From NCBI GenBank assembly GCA_026770705.1, contig JANJGN010000038.1:8928001-8992000 (forward strand): a stretch of 64,000 bases of DNA. The letters run 5' to 3'. This document shows positions 1 through 13,710 of the stretch, piece after piece. Source of the DNA: Isurus oxyrinchus. Its lineage: Eukaryota. The notes below the pieces were generated by a model, which saw only the letters and a program-made list of their open reading frames with translations, searched no databases and was not told the DNA's origin. A program made the position numbers and the translations under genes. Each line of letters starts with the position of its first letter. Position 1 is the first letter of the stretch.

Positions 1-240
1 AGAGTCACTTAGAGGCCAGACAGCAGATGCTCTTTCCTGCAGGAAATAATTAAACCAAATGGGTTTTTACAGCAATTAGCAATGGTTTCATGATCATCAT
101 CAGACGCTTAATTAAAGATTTTTATTGAATTCAAATTGCCCAACCTTCCACGGTGGGATGTGAACTTAGGTCCCCAGAGAATTAGATTGGGCCTTATGCA
201 ATGTTAACCTGGTCATAATGCTGCTACACCACCACCTCCC
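1..240 (-). mobile_element. tRNA-derived SINE, partial (elasmobranch SINE family)
   Basis: Shares sequence with copies at ~11500-11770, ~26810-27070 and ~38570-38910. The reverse strand reads GGTGGTGTAG...(k)TTCAAATCCCACC, i.e. Pol III A/B-box-like head. Confidence 0.6.
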
Positions 241-2229
241 ATCAGTAGTTAGCTGGTTCTACCAATTTATCTTTAACAGTTATTAGACAGCAGGCCCAGA
301 CGTGATCAACTATAATGTCAGTGGATAGCTTCAATATTCGGGGCGCGAAATTAGTTGTAGCAGTGGTACCGAGGTTTAGCTGTGGTTTGCTGAGGCACCT
401 TCTACCATGACCCAGAATTCCATTTGTGAAAGAGGCCTGTGGGAGTATGCCCCGTATTTGCCTGAAAGAGGTGAATCGATGTTACACTGAAGTCACACAT
501 CCTGACGACTGAGGTGATGGCAGTATACCGAATGTGGACTAGAAAACGCATTAATACATCATTCGGCAAACAGAAGCTCCAGTTCTGCAAAACTGACATT
601 CCACCACTGTTTCACAATGGGCTTGGTACCTTAATATCATGGAATTTAATTTGGAGGAGTTCTCCAGTCACAAACTATTTGGTGTTATTAAAGCTTGTTT
701 TTGGAGGCCTTGTGGTTGGTTTCTGGATTTCCCAGATGACTGTTCTGCAGCCTGTAAGGAGAGGCAGCAGATCTGATGATGTGTCCACGGGGCCAGCGAT
801 GCGTCTGGACCAGCAACGTTACAGCTGAAATGCAGTGTCGGCTATGAAGAGACGAAGCTCTGGCAAATGCAATCTGTTGAATTGGAGCCAGACTCTTTAA
901 TGCTCCTTGACAGCGGCAGGAGTTGCCATTGCATTGTATGAACCAATATTAACAATCTCACTCTATCTTCTGACAATACTCAATAGAACCATTTATCAAT
1001 GATCTGGTGGGCAGGAGTTTGGGGTGTGCATAGCGTGAAATGCAAGCGAGTTTAGTTGACACTTAATGGATTCCAGAGAATAACAGGATGTTGGTGCTGC
1101 AGTGTTGCTTTGTAATGCAGTAGGGGCCTACAATTCGGCAATTTGGGCTGATTGGCGAGACGTTCCATTCGTTTTCATTTTGGGCGGATGCTGGATGACA
1201 CTGACACTGCTCAGGAGCACATTCGTCTTTTGAAACGCAGGTACAGAAAGAATTTGACGAATTTATTAGTCTGGTTGTCTCGTTATTTCCGTAGCATCAA
1301 TTAATCCATTGTAATTCCCAATAAGATCAGTCGTTATTTTTTTCATGTTCTCCTTTACAAACTAGATTTTTTAAAAACTTATTCAACAGGAAACATTACC
1401 CCCATGATATCTTACAATATCTTTAAAAGTTGCACTTTTCTCACGTTATGATGTTGAATGTTAATGAAGCATGTTGACATTGAATGTCACATGACAATCT
1501 AGAAGCACACATACAAATTCACCACAGAGACATTTCCTATCCTGCGTGAAAATCATTGCTGCATTACAATCAGTCAGCCTAACATTGCCGCCAGGTGAAC
1601 GTCCAGTGAGCAGAATCGGGGCAATTTTAATGGTGAATTTGAAGATTTTCGGTTAACAACCGACAGCTAACTTGGATTTGTAATAAGGCAAAATAGACAA
1701 ACTTGACGGAACTTTTCTCTGAAGTAATAGATGGGATGGTATTCGTGGGTCCCAATGGTTTTGCATCGTGAAACAAGTTAACACAGTGTCCCACAAGTAT
1801 CGGTGTCAATTGTCATTTGTGATATCTGTTAGTCATATGGACACGGGAACAAAGGGTAAAAATTTAAGCTTTGCCGATAGCACAAGACATGGATCTGGAG
1901 AAAACTGTGTGCAGGCTAGTTGACATAATTCAGGAAAGACAGCTGGAATGCCAGGCGCATGAGATATAGAATTTACTGTAAAAAATATGATTTGGAATGC
2001 TGTAATTGGAAATAAATCGAGTTGGGAAGCAACATAACCCAACAGGCTAGAACCTTCGGTGATGCCAGTACAGTGATGTATATTCTGGAAGGAGGGCCTT
2101 GGGAGTTCTCAACATCTGCTGCAGAATCCATCAAGTCTCATGACATCAGAGAACATCAAATCAAACATGGATAAGGAAAGGTACTGCTATTAGATATCAG
2201 ACATCCAGAATCCAATTTTCCAGAATTGG

Positions 2230-3730
2230 GGATGGAGGTGATTTGCCGCTGAGGGTGAGGGTGGGGAGCAGTGTTGGAATCATCGGGTGTGTCCAGGATG
2301 GATGCATTTGGATACCAGGAGAGAATTCGGCGTGGTTGTGATGGTTGTCGAGGTGTTAGAGTGATACCCTGGGCTGTACAGGGGGCTGGAAGGCTTATGG
2401 GGTAATGAGGGGTCTGCAGGGTGTTTGGGGAATCAGGGGAGATTGTCGATGTCATGCTTGGCTAGTACTCGATGTGTTGGGAGGGTGTTTGGCAGGTTAT
2501 CAGGAGTATTCGCGAGGTCGGTTGGGTACTAACTGGGTGAGGGTGCAGTCGGGATCTTGTGGATTGTCGATTGTTGGGAGGGCAGCCTGGGGGCGGGAGG
2601 GTTGTCAGGGGTTGGGGAAGGTAATGGGGTGTAGTCAGGGTCGGGTTGAGAGGATAGGCGGGGGAGTTTCAGCAGTCGGGGAGGTGGGAGATATAGTTGA
2701 GGTTTCCAGTGGGGGGTCGGGGTTCTCATTTCTATAGTGACCCAGGAGTTAGAAGCGATTTTCGTTCTTCTCACTCCTCCTGGGAAACTATTCTGCCGGG
2801 ACAGGCATAACGAACTGAAGTTTCCCATTTAAATCCACGTGTCGGATGCTTTGGATGGTTCCTGATGTTCTTCAGAAGTTTGAATTTTCCGGTCAATACC
2901 CATGCAGCCCTCATATGGGGGCTTCCGGACCGGGGGCGGATGGTGGAGGTTGTGCTTCTCCCACAGCATCTTTGGGGTGCCTCATGGCTGCGGCCCTACG
3001 GAGATCAGAATGTATTTTCAACATGTCCCAGATCTGACCAGTGGATGGCCTGACCCCGAGGTACCAGAGAGATGCAATGTTCGATCCCTTGTAAGTCCCC
3101 ACTTCAGGACTGCCTGGCAACTTCCCCCGGATTTTCCACATCCTTTGGGCAATTAGTACTGCATCTGGAACATTCCAGAACCCTGGGTTAGATTTGGAGG
3201 AGTTGGATTGTCCCGGCATACTTAGCAGAATAGGTACCCAGGAAACGTGAGAAGGATTAATACCAGTTCCAGCTCCTGGGTAACCAGAATTAAGATCTGC
3301 AACTCTGAAATGGACACCCCAATTACTGTCCAGACAGCCCGAGTGTGCCCCAGGTCCCCGACTACCATCCAAAATCCAATTACCCATACCCTGACTAATA
3401 CATTGAAACTTCAACTGCCGCCGAGACGACGGGGACAACGCCCATCCCCAAACTAATCCCCCACATTCCCATTACACCCAACCCCCGACTACCCTCCCGA
3501 ACACCCGAATCTCCCCCTACCCCAGACAACCCTCCAGATAACCCAAACGCTACCCACACTCCCACCCCATGCTGCCTACTCAGCACCAGAACACCCACCC
3601 GCTAACCACCCCCCGTCCAATTGTCTAGCCCCCTTCCCCCACTAAAATTCGACAACCTCGAACTCCCTGATATCCCTCGAACTACCCTATTCCCTCACCC
3701 CTTTACTTGCCACCCGACTACCTGACCCTG
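2230..3730. repeat. Inverted pair of a G-rich interspersed repeat (foldback-like, ~1.5 kb)
   Basis: G-rich arm ~2230-2730 and C-rich arm ~3440-3730. The core at ~2770-2900 (cctgggaaactattctgc) mirrors the reverse complement of ~3130-3250 (cctgggtacctattctgc). Confidence 0.55.
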
Positions 3731-4831
3731 CTGTCTTGCACACTGACCTTCTGTCTGCGCTGTGCCAATCTGGTTTTGGAATCAGTAAAGCTACTGCTAA
3801 ACGGTAGCTAGAGCTACAGAAATGCTCTGGCTCAGCTTTCCCCGACATTCCTGTATGAGGAAGGAAGACATTACACCCCACTGTTCCCTTGAAACCCTGT
3901 TCTGAAGTGCAGGTGAGAAATGTGGAGCTGCGGGGCAGGGAACGTTGAAAATGGCGGAATGGCCATCCAAAGCTGATTACCACTTCCGGGCCATCGTGTT
4001 TCATATTCCACAGCTGATGAAAGCTTCCTTCATAAATCTTCAAACCATCAACATGAATATCATTAGTTTTTGCTGAGACGGGATTCCTTGGCAGATCCAC
4101 CCTGTCTGCCCAGAATCTAACATGCACCCATTCTGTCCTTGAAAGATCTGGGATCAGAGAAATCATTGTCTACCTCTTTCTGGAATGTGCTTTTGGGAGA
4201 AGGTCTGGAAAATGATGGTCCAGCTTCATCCTAATCAGCTCCATAAAACAGGACTTTGTTCTCTCCGGGCCGAGATTATAATCCTTTGTTTGTACTTAAC
4301 AGTTGTATCCTCCAATAATACTTCCAATAACATGCACGCCCTGCAAATACATTGAAACAACGCTCTCACTTAGAAACTGAGTTAATTGAATGATTTTCCA
4401 AGCATTTCCATCACAAATTATGAAAGAAGATGAGATTCCCCAACTGATCACATAAGTGATAACACCCAGAGCCTGCAATTAGTAGCCATAAGTACCTGTC
4501 GTTAAAATAACCGTTTTGAACTACTAATTTTCCTGCGTTATCCAATAATAGGTCATATGAAATTGATCCAAAACACACTGGCACTGAATCTTTAAAAATA
4601 CAATGTACTGATACGGACAGCATGTGGAATGTAAAGCAAGAACGGCTCTGTTGTTAGTAACAGACAAAGATTACTGAGAGCCACTAATGTAATAAGAGGC
4701 ATGCATGAAAATTTAATTCGAAACTAAGCCAAAAGCTTGAGGAAGATACAACAGAATATATGTGCAAAAGATAATGGGACGTCCTGGATTAATATGCATA
4801 TTAAAACATTTCCTCGGATACATCCATCTAG

Positions 4832-4959
4832 ATTCCACGGGCCACATCTGGATTAAGGACTCTGAGGACAATAACGGGAACATCTGGACCACTGCTTCCA
4901 CATTCATCGCCCTGTTCTTCTTGAGCATTTTCTATGGCGCTGCCGTCACTCTGGTGATG
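4832..4959 (+). CDS. IGHM: Immunoglobulin heavy chain (IgM-type) transmembrane exon TM1, copy 1
   Basis: AG acceptor 4830-4831 (phase 1) and GT donor 4960. Encodes DSTGHIWIKDSEDNNGNIWTTASTFIALFFLSIFYGAAVTLVM, matching the CART-motif TM of shark membrane IgM (HIWIE..NIWTTASTFI.LF.LSIFY.AAVTLVK). Confidence 0.85.
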
Positions 4960-5099
4960 GTGAGAAGATTCAATCCACTCACACATCAATATGACAGGAG
5001 CGGTTTGAAAAATCTCCAAATATTTCACTGATTGAAAACTCCAACATAAATGTTCCAGGTCATTAATATCTGCTGCAATATTTTCTCCCTCTTTTACAG

Positions 5100-5108
5100 T
5101 TTAAGTGA
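5100..5108 (+). CDS. IGHM: IgH TM2 mini-exon (F-K-stop), copy 1
   Basis: Polypyrimidine tract plus ttttacAG at 5098-5099, then TTT AAG TGA, equivalent to the canonical V-K-stop TM2. Conserved at the same offset in copy 2. Confidence 0.75.
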   Translation, partial: FK

Positions 5109-5548
5109 TCGGTTGATTTTCGGACCTCCTTGGCTGTTCCTCAGTTGTTTATTGAGATCTCTGTATTGTGACTTTAAAATATGTTCTCCTGGTGACGCTA
5201 ACAGTGAAATGTCTTCATTTTATAATTCTGAATCTGTAATTGAGACATTCGTGGACAGTATTTCCGCCTTTCTGTCTGAAATGCGCGAGATAATTATTAT
5301 TTTAAAATAACTGTAACTTATAATTTCACTATAGCTTGAATTGCATTTGTAAATATGTCTTTTCTTTCGCTGTTGTCCGCTTCCCTTTATGCCAAATTTC
5401 TGTTTTCTCTTTCTGGCCTATGTTACACTTCTACTTACAGTTGGCAGCTCAGAGCATATGGGGTTGTCTCAATGTGACACTCAAACGATAAATTCACTTT
5501 TGTGACCTTTAAATGAACCATTTCTACAAAACATGCTCTGAAATTGTT

Positions 5549-5554
5549 AATAAA
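5549..5554 (+). terminator. Candidate polyadenylation signal for the membrane-IgH 3' UTR
   Basis: AATAAA conserved at the homologous position in the paralogous cassette (46191-46196). Confidence 0.45.
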
Positions 5555-7944
5555 TCTTGAATGATAATTGCACCAAGTATGACTTTGCTGAATTCATTTC
5601 TCCTCGCTTCATCGATATGGCTGCATTTTCCCTATTCCACGTTTTCCTCCTTTCCCGAGTGGTATTTATCACGATTCCTGTCTGCAAAGTGTTTGAACTC
5701 GAGGCCCTTCAGTCAAAGAGCGATTCACCACACAACGCCCCACCCGTGTAAAGAAATGTTTACCCCTTCCCTTTTATGGTAAAAACCAGAAGCAGAATGA
5801 TGGAACGGCGAAGAGCAACTCAGTGACGTCTCTGATCTGTCACAGTCAGCGTCGGGTCGTTCTAAATAATAAAGGCACTCTTCCTCAGAGGTTAATGCAG
5901 CACAATGTTTGAGGAAGAATACGTTCTTTACATATCACATAAAATATTCCCAGGCCTCTACAGCACTGGTTAGGTGCGGAGTAAAGTGCCTCCCCACGCC
6001 ACCGCCCACCCCCCTCCCCCCCCACCCCACCCCCGCACTGTCCGGCTAAACACTTACAAAGCAGAGCAGTTGCAGAACCGATATATAACACTGATATTGC
6101 CGTTGGCACAACCATAGGCTAATTCTTAGAGGCCGGGAAATATATGGCACATAAACAACATCGAGACAAAATCTTGTCGGCCCTCTTATGCTGAACCGGG
6201 CAAAAAACATGAGAACGATTCCGAGAGATTGGGACCAATGCAGATCTGATATAGACATACTATTGAACAGAAATTCTACAAGCTTTCGCTAGAATTTGTA
6301 TTCCCTCAGGCTTGAGAGGGAGCAGAACCCGTTGGACATTGGGGCCTCGATGACACAAAAAGGAAATCAGCCTAAACGAAGTGATGTGGTCCAAAACCGG
6401 GGCCTCTCTAATACACAAACCCTAATGCCTTCTCTGGCACTTTTAGTTTCTTTGATCTGGGAGCTGCATGACTGCTTGAACCCCTTATGAAGACAACTGC
6501 AGATAGTACGTCCACACCATGAAAAGCTGCCTATTCTTTAAGGATTTCACACTGGCAGATCTGGCCTCTTTATGCAGACATGGACTATCCAGTGAATTGT
6601 AATTATTGTTTACCCACTACACAAATCCATGCTTCCCCACATCAACTATTATTACTGAAACTAAAAGAAAACACGAGTTACCAGATTGGCTAGTCACAAC
6701 ACTTGATATCATGCGAATTGTCAAAACTAGCATGAATTACGTCTTGATTGAAAGAATAAAACGAGGGCTGAGAGTTAAAATTTCGCATCAGGTTTTGGAA
6801 AATTCACGTGTCCACTGGTCGAGAACAGCTATAGAGGCGGAGATTAGAAGTGAAGGAAAGGGGTGAGATGGGCTGTGCTAATGCACAATGCACAAAAATT
6901 TAACTGACTAAAGATGGTGGTGTAAGGCTGAATATGGGTTGCAATGGGACAGATGTTTCTGCTTGCTGTTTACACAGATACACACATTACTCCTGATCAA
7001 CCAATCACAACTGACCTTCGAAAACAGCACTCCAGTCCGGAGTTGTTTCTTCACTGCAACAAATGGTGCAACTCCGCCAGGTTTACAACTCGTTTTGTGT
7101 TGCAAAGTGGAGAGTGCCTAATTTCCAAATGAGAATACAAATATTACAACTTTGATTTTAAACATTGAATCATGGAACAGATACTGAGTATAGTTGTTTG
7201 AATTTGCATGGTATTACTAATGATTGAGTAAAAGTTGTTATACATTTGGATATTTGCTGCACATTGACTCTAACATCCTGAAATTCATTTCAAGCTGAGG
7301 CACCAGGCGGAAACCAACAGTTGTCCTGCTGTAATAACTGGCATGGCGCCTGAGTCTAAATATTAAAACCTTCCAAGCATTCTGGTAGATCAGTGCTGGC
7401 CTGCTTCTAGACCAATGTTTATCATTTCTAATGTTCTGTTCCCAGAACTATACAAGTATTCCAGCATGTAATCTAACCAGGGATTTGTATAGCTGTAGAA
7501 AAGCTTTTCTCCTTTTCTGTTACAGCCTCAGTTCACGGTACAGTAAATAGACTTACATTGTGCATATCCATTCAGAGTAACGAAAACCATCTTGATCAGA
7601 AAAAAACGACTTTTGGCTCTTTGGTATGAATTCAATTGCATGCTTAAACACTGCATATGTCAAAAACTGTTTAAGAATCACAAGCCCAACTCTTCGTGTC
7701 TTTCCATCAGGAAAGTTTGTTTATTCAGGCAATCTGTGCGAGCACGCCGCAGAAAATCCTTCAAAATTGGTCAATTACTTGCAAGAAGATATGGAGCCCA
7801 ACACATGTGGTCATTCAACGTATTTGACCAAAGCATCATTTACTCCATCAATGTTAGAGTCGGATATCAATACTTCGTCACAATTAGGCACAATATCAGT
7901 TAAAAAGTCAAAGGGTAAAGTGATGCTTCTGTAACAGTTTTTTT

Positions 7945-8600
7945 ATTCATTCATGGATGTGGGTGTCCCAGGTTCAGTCAGCATTTAATGCCCACCCGTA
8001 ATTGCCCTTGAGAACATGGTGTTACTGAGCTTCTTTCTTGAACTGCTGTGATCCATGTAGTGTAGGTACACCTATGTTCTGTTAGGGAGGGAGTTCCAGG
8101 ATATTGACCCAGAGACATTGAAGGAACAGCGACATATTTCCAAGTCAGTATGATGAGTGACTTGGAGGGGAAATTCCAGTTGTTGGAGTTCCCATATATC
8201 TGCTGCCCTTGTCATTCAAGAAGGTAGTGGCCGTAAGTTTGGAAGGTGCTGTCTAAGGTGAATTCCTGCAGTGCATCTTGTAGATGGCAAATAGTGCTGC
8301 CACTGTGCACCGGTGGTGGAGGGAGTGAATATTTGTGGATGGGGGGGTCAATCCCGCGGGTTGCTTTGTCCTGGATGGTGTCAAGCTTCGTGAGTGTTGT
8401 TGGAGCAGCACTCATCCAGGCAAGTGGGAAGTATTTAATTACACTCTTGACTTGCACCAAGAGCAAGTGGGCCACCTGGTGGGCAGGCTTTGGGGAATCA
8501 GGAGCTGAGTTAATCGACGCAGGATACCTAGCCTCTTACCTGCTCTTGTAGCCACAGTGTTTAGATGGCTAGCCCAGTTCAATTTCTAGTCAATGGATGT
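7945..8600 (-). mobile_element. 3' part of an L2/CR1-group LINE (degenerate)
   Basis: ORF 8212-8475(-) LAWMSAAPTTLTKLDTIQDKATR matches LAWMGAAPRTLKKLDTIQGNASR of the LINE at 52085-53310. The 3' tails also match. Confidence 0.8.
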
Positions 8601-9740
8601 GTCAGGGGAAGAGTAGATCAGGATTCGAAAAGCCGGCGTGAGGTAGGATGCTTTGAACTGACAGAATGTGTAAGGTGTTGTGAACAGTTGACGTAGTGTA
8701 ACTTGTGTCAGGAGTAGGTTTCGTTGGCAGTTGAGGAATGGTCGGGCTTGTAGTCTAGTTCAAGTGGGGCAGGATTGTTCGGGCGTGAAATGGTCGGGCG
8801 GGTTGGCTGGTTCAGGCTGTCTGTTAGGTCGGGGAGGTAGAGTGGGTAGTATAGGTCCAGTGGGTTAGAATAGTCCAGACTGTAGGATAGGTTGGAGGCA
8901 GGATGGGTTGAGGGGGGGTAGGTTGGGCTAGGAGAATTGGATGATTCAGGGTAGGATACTTGGAGTGTGTATGATGGGTTGGAGGTAGGACGGGGCGAGT
9001 GGGGTTGGGTGTGCCAGTCTGGATGGTTGGATCAGGGGTAGAATGGTGGAGCATGGTAGGATGATTCAGTGATGTAATCTGTGGCTGGCTGGTTGGATGA
9101 GTTGAGTGGGGCAGCATGGGTCAGGGGCATAGGATGGTCCCGGGTTTAGGGTAGGTGGAATGGGATAGGGAGGATCGGGTGGTAGCATCGTTCAGGGGAA
9201 TAGGATACGTTGGGATTAGGATAGGTGGAGTGGGTAGGATGGGTCGGAGGGTGTAGAATTAGTCCAGGGGTATTTTGTGTCTGCGGGTGTCAGTCGAGGC
9301 GTGGGTGAGACGATTTGTGGAGGGAGGAATAATAGGGTGGTGTTTTTTTAGTCGGGTTACTCACGGGGTTGGGGTTGTAGTCCGGGGTAGGAAGATAGTC
9401 GGGCTGTCAGGAGGATAATCAGGGCAACCGAGTGAGGAATGGTGGAGGGGAATATTGGGGGTCAAGTGGGGAATCGGGAAGTAGGAAATTATTTCAAATC
9501 CCCTAACTTTTCCTGGATACCTATTCTGCTAAGAGTGGTGGAGCTACGTATGTTCTGCAATTTAAATTTGATTTCCAGATGATTCCAAGGCATCCAGGAT
9601 AATTTCCCATCGGAAGTTTGAAGTTCCTGTGCAATATCTTTGTAATATTTACATGAGAAATTCCTGTGGGGACCCCGGGTGCATCTTCTGGGGCACTAAC
9701 CATGCACAACCCCTCCCACCCCCACGTACCGAATTCGGAA
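8600..9740 (+). repeat. G-rich low-complexity interspersed repeat (same family as 2230-3730)
   Basis: Long GGGT/GGTAGGAT-rich tract followed by the core aacttttcctggatacctattctgctaag, which matches the reverse complement of ~3220-3250. Confidence 0.6.
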
Positions 9741-9769
9741 GTTCGGTGCGAATGACAATGGTTCCCTGA

Positions 9770-10010
9770 ATATAGTCTGCTCTGCCCCTAAATACAATGC
9801 TCTCTGCCCTGTAAATGGAATGATCTCTGTCCCCTAATACAATTTTCACTGTCCCCTAAAACAATGACCACTGTACCATAACCATAATGATCACTGGCTG
9901 CTAAATACAATCTTTGAATGTCCCCTAACTACAATGATCATCTTCTCCTAAGTTCAATCATTAATGTCCCCTGAATGCAATCTTCACTGTCCCCTAAAAA
10001 TAATGTTGAT
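9770..10010. repeat. Minisatellite, ~23-bp unit
   Basis: Repeated ctgtcccctaaatacaatgatc(a)-like unit, about 10 degenerate copies. Confidence 0.75.
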
Positions 10011-11329
10011 TCACCCATAAATTGAACAATGCGCTCTCTGCAGGGAACATTTGTCAGAGCTCCGCAAGGGATTATTTAGAAGTTTACTAGAAAAGCATCA
10101 TATTACCGCTGCTTTAAATGTTATTTATAGATAATTATTTTAAAATAGACTCTGCACAGTCACAGGCCCCTGTGTATTGTACCCAGTTCGGTGAGTATGT
10201 TTTTGTCAAGGAGCTGGTGATGCGATTGATAACTTCCAGCGTTTTTTCTTTTTGTTTCTTTATGAGATTTTCAGATTTATTTCCATGTTACATAGTTGCC
10301 TTTGAATTACTTTCATCTTTTTCAGCTTGTGATTACTGGCTCTAATGGCTTAATTACAGTATCACTTTTTACAACCAACGCTTTGTTCAAATAACTTAAG
10401 TGTAAAAATTACAGTAATCAGGGATACAAGCACATCATTAAACCTAGATGAGATACGGACCAAGGTGTGGCTTAAAACAGAGCAATTCTATTTCATTGAT
10501 TTATTAACCTCTGTTTGCTTTTCTACATATAATTTCCAATCCCTGTTTTGTAGACTCTGGCCGATCATAGAAAACACACTAATTTAAATCATGAAGTCTT
10601 CTTAATTTCACAAAGTTCAAATGAACATGTAATTAAGAAAATACTTTGAAATGGAAGTCGATCTGTAAGTTTACTAAGCTAGATATCGGGCATTGTTGTT
10701 TACGTGTCGTCTCAGAGGTGAAACTTAATTGTTACATGTAACTGCTAACCAGACCTCCACTTTAATAGCAATTTCTCAAAATGCACAAATCCAACCAAGA
10801 GGATAATTACTTTTTATTTTAAGTTTCAGCTTCTTGTTCCATCGCTAGAACTCTCGTTTTTTAAAATTTTTTTAAGTATTTGTAAAAAAGTGTGACACAT
10901 GTTTTGTGATGGGTGTCCTGCAACATAAGTGCATCGGTTCCAAGACTAATAGCAAATATGCAAACGGAAATGGTAGGTTGTTTGATAGTGACAGAGAAAC
11001 TAACCAATCAATATGGACATTCATTTTGAGTGGAAAGGTTCGTCTCTTTTAAAGATAACAAGTTTATTTAATGTCAGGAGATCTAATTGTTCTAAATAAA
11101 CATCAAAGAGGTATTTGAACTTAATCATTATTTAATTGTCATTGGGCCAGTTTGGTGCAGGTCACTTTCTAGTTGTGGACAAAAACGCCCAACACTTTAA
11201 GATTTTTTTTTTCGCGGTATGGCCGAACCTAACTCTGAATGGTGATAGAAACCTGGAATATTGGCTGAACGGTACAATTCAAAATATGATTATGTCAGCC
11301 TGTTGCCTGAATGCTCTCTGGGGCAGATC

Positions 11330-11770
11330 TCATGCATCCACATGTGTGTGAAGAAGACTTTACAGGATCGACAGAGCTGACTGTCTTTTTGTTGTTTCTG
11401 GTGCTTAGCTCGATGCCGGGTGTTCCATCGGTTCTATTTTCAAACATTTTCTCCCGCTTGCTAGGCCAGTTAAGGGGGAAGTTGTCACTCCACTGCATCT
11501 CCCTGGGCGTAGCGTCACATAGAGGCCAAACTTGGGGAAGACAACTGAATTCCTTCATGAAAGTAAATGAATGAAACGGATTGTGCTAATTCATGAGAAT
11601 TCTGTAGTTTCATGGTCATCATTCATAATTGCTCTTTTTTAATTTTCAGCTTACTTTCGTGAACTGTATTTATGTTCATCAGTTGACGTGGTGGGATATA
11701 GATTTTCGTCCCTGAATCACGAACCTTGCCTTCAGATTTACTAGTCCATGAACCTGAGCACTATTCCAAC
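11330..11770 (-). mobile_element. SINE copy (same family as 1-240)
   Basis: ctaggccagttaag...gtcacatagaggccaaac...gtggtgggat...agatttactagtcca is similar to the other copies. Confidence 0.55.
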
Positions 11771-13710
11771 ATACATCAAGGCAATTGTCTACCAACGAGA
11801 TATAGAGACTAGGGTTCAATTGAAAATATCAAAACTGAGATTGATAGGATTTGGTACCATCTGCTTTAAACTAAGGTGTCCAAATGGAGACATTCTGCAT
11901 ATTAGCAATGCACTAATTGAAGGACAGGGAAGATTCCCGGACCAGAATATCCTTCTCCTTTTGCTATGGGTCAACAACTTCGGGATAGGATCCAAAATTG
12001 CACTGGTAAATGCATAACTGAAACAAGAAACCAGCTATAGTCAGCAATTTCTGCAAAGCAGCGAGAAGGGAACAAGGAGGCATAGAACAGCACCAAGCAG
12101 ATTGGAAAAATGGTCGCCAGTATAGTAAGTATGACTATATTTCAATAGTGTGACAGCAAAAAGAATGTGATGCACACTGGACAGAGAGTGGTCCAATGCA
12201 ATGGATGTGGACAACGTTTTAACTAGTTAGCACAGCATGAATAAATAAACGCATCGCACCATTCACAGTGGGGAGAGGTCTTGCACGTTTTCAATGACTG
12301 GACGAAGTTTCAACAAATCATCCAACGTCAGTAGCACAAGGATGCGGTATACTGCGAAACAGTGCAAATGAGGGCACTGCAGGACGGGACTCGCTTCCTC
12401 AGCCTGCCTGCAAATTAATCGATATATTCCCACTGAGAAGAAGTCGTTCACATGCTGCATGGATTAGGGAAGATGTTAACAGTTGTTTCTTCATCTCACA
12501 GTCCGTTATGTTCAAGAGGTAGACGTAGGAAAAACCTTTCAAATGATATGTAGTTGGCAAGTGACTCAGTCGTGCATTTCAATTGCTGACAGATGAGTGA
12601 AATTTCAAGTAGTAGCAGAGTTTCAATTGTGTTCTTACTAATGATGTTAATCACATCTGGGGTTATTTAATAATCTGGACAAAGGGCATATAAAGCGAAG
12701 GCTAATGCATCAGTTTCCACCTCGACATTGAAAGACCTTTTGAGGTATAACAAATAATTACTTCCTTACGATCGTCCGCTGGCAACAGTCACAAATATTG
12801 AGACCTGTGCCGCATTTTGCATTTGGGGAGCAGGAGAACTGCCATACCCTAAGCGCATGTGCAGTACTCACCCGAGATTGGGATAATGATCTGTTGCAAT
12901 GAGTAGCCAATAACTTCTCTGGCGTGAGATTTTGTGGCTATCAGGATGGCAAGAAATGTGTTTGTGCATGGTCAGTGGGGAGCGGCAGTGCTGTAAAGTG
13001 TGGCGAGTCATTCAAAAGCTCATTGGCTTTGGCAGAACCAAAAAATCTCGCCGCCGAGAGGGGCCATAAAATTCTGAATTTGCCATTACATTTGATGAGT
13101 GAATTTTAATAATTCTGTTGTTCACGATTGATGCCCGTTGAAAATAAGACACTGTAGTTAGACTCGATTTATGCTGTTTGATAATACTGGAAATGTCATC
13201 GTAATTGTCCGGTTGAAAGTGTAGAAGGCGAATTACTGTTGTTCATTTTTTCCTGCCCCTTATTCCTATGTTTAATGACAAGGGTTAGCGAGTGTGAAGC
13301 GGTGACTCGTGAGTTGAGAACAATGCATGGGAGAAGCATTTGTTACCGTTTCAGAACGCCTTTTACCTGTAAGGTATAAACCACACAAAGCAATAACATT
13401 GAGTTTCCTACCTTAAATTGTTAAATTTTGGTATCCAATATCAGATCTAAGCCGGACTCTCTGTCTCCCACATGGATTTCCAAGGCCCTGGGGGCTGGTA
13501 GGGATGTACCAGGCCCCTGCTCGCACGAGGAAGACAACTAAAAACTAATAGGGAGCAGGCAACGTTCTTTATACATTGTTAAATTCACACGGAGGAAAAG
13601 GGACTCAAAGAAAATGACGCTGCTTCCGGGAGACAAAACTTTTGTGTGAGATAAACAAAAGCAGCAATGGATGGAACACTCATTATGACTCATGTTGAAT
13701 TTTATTTTTA

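Noticed and set aside
4301-4660. Possible decayed C1 exon just before TM1 (YPPII.PI.C.P, NRSYEI, IQCT)
   Set aside because: Multiple stops, no first Cys or core Trp, and short strand spacing. Cannot be separated from chance without an HMM test.
9770-10010. Regularly spaced repeats superficially like a CRISPR array (also 56760-57270)
   Set aside because: Head-to-tail degenerate units without unique spacers in vertebrate DNA; these are minisatellites.
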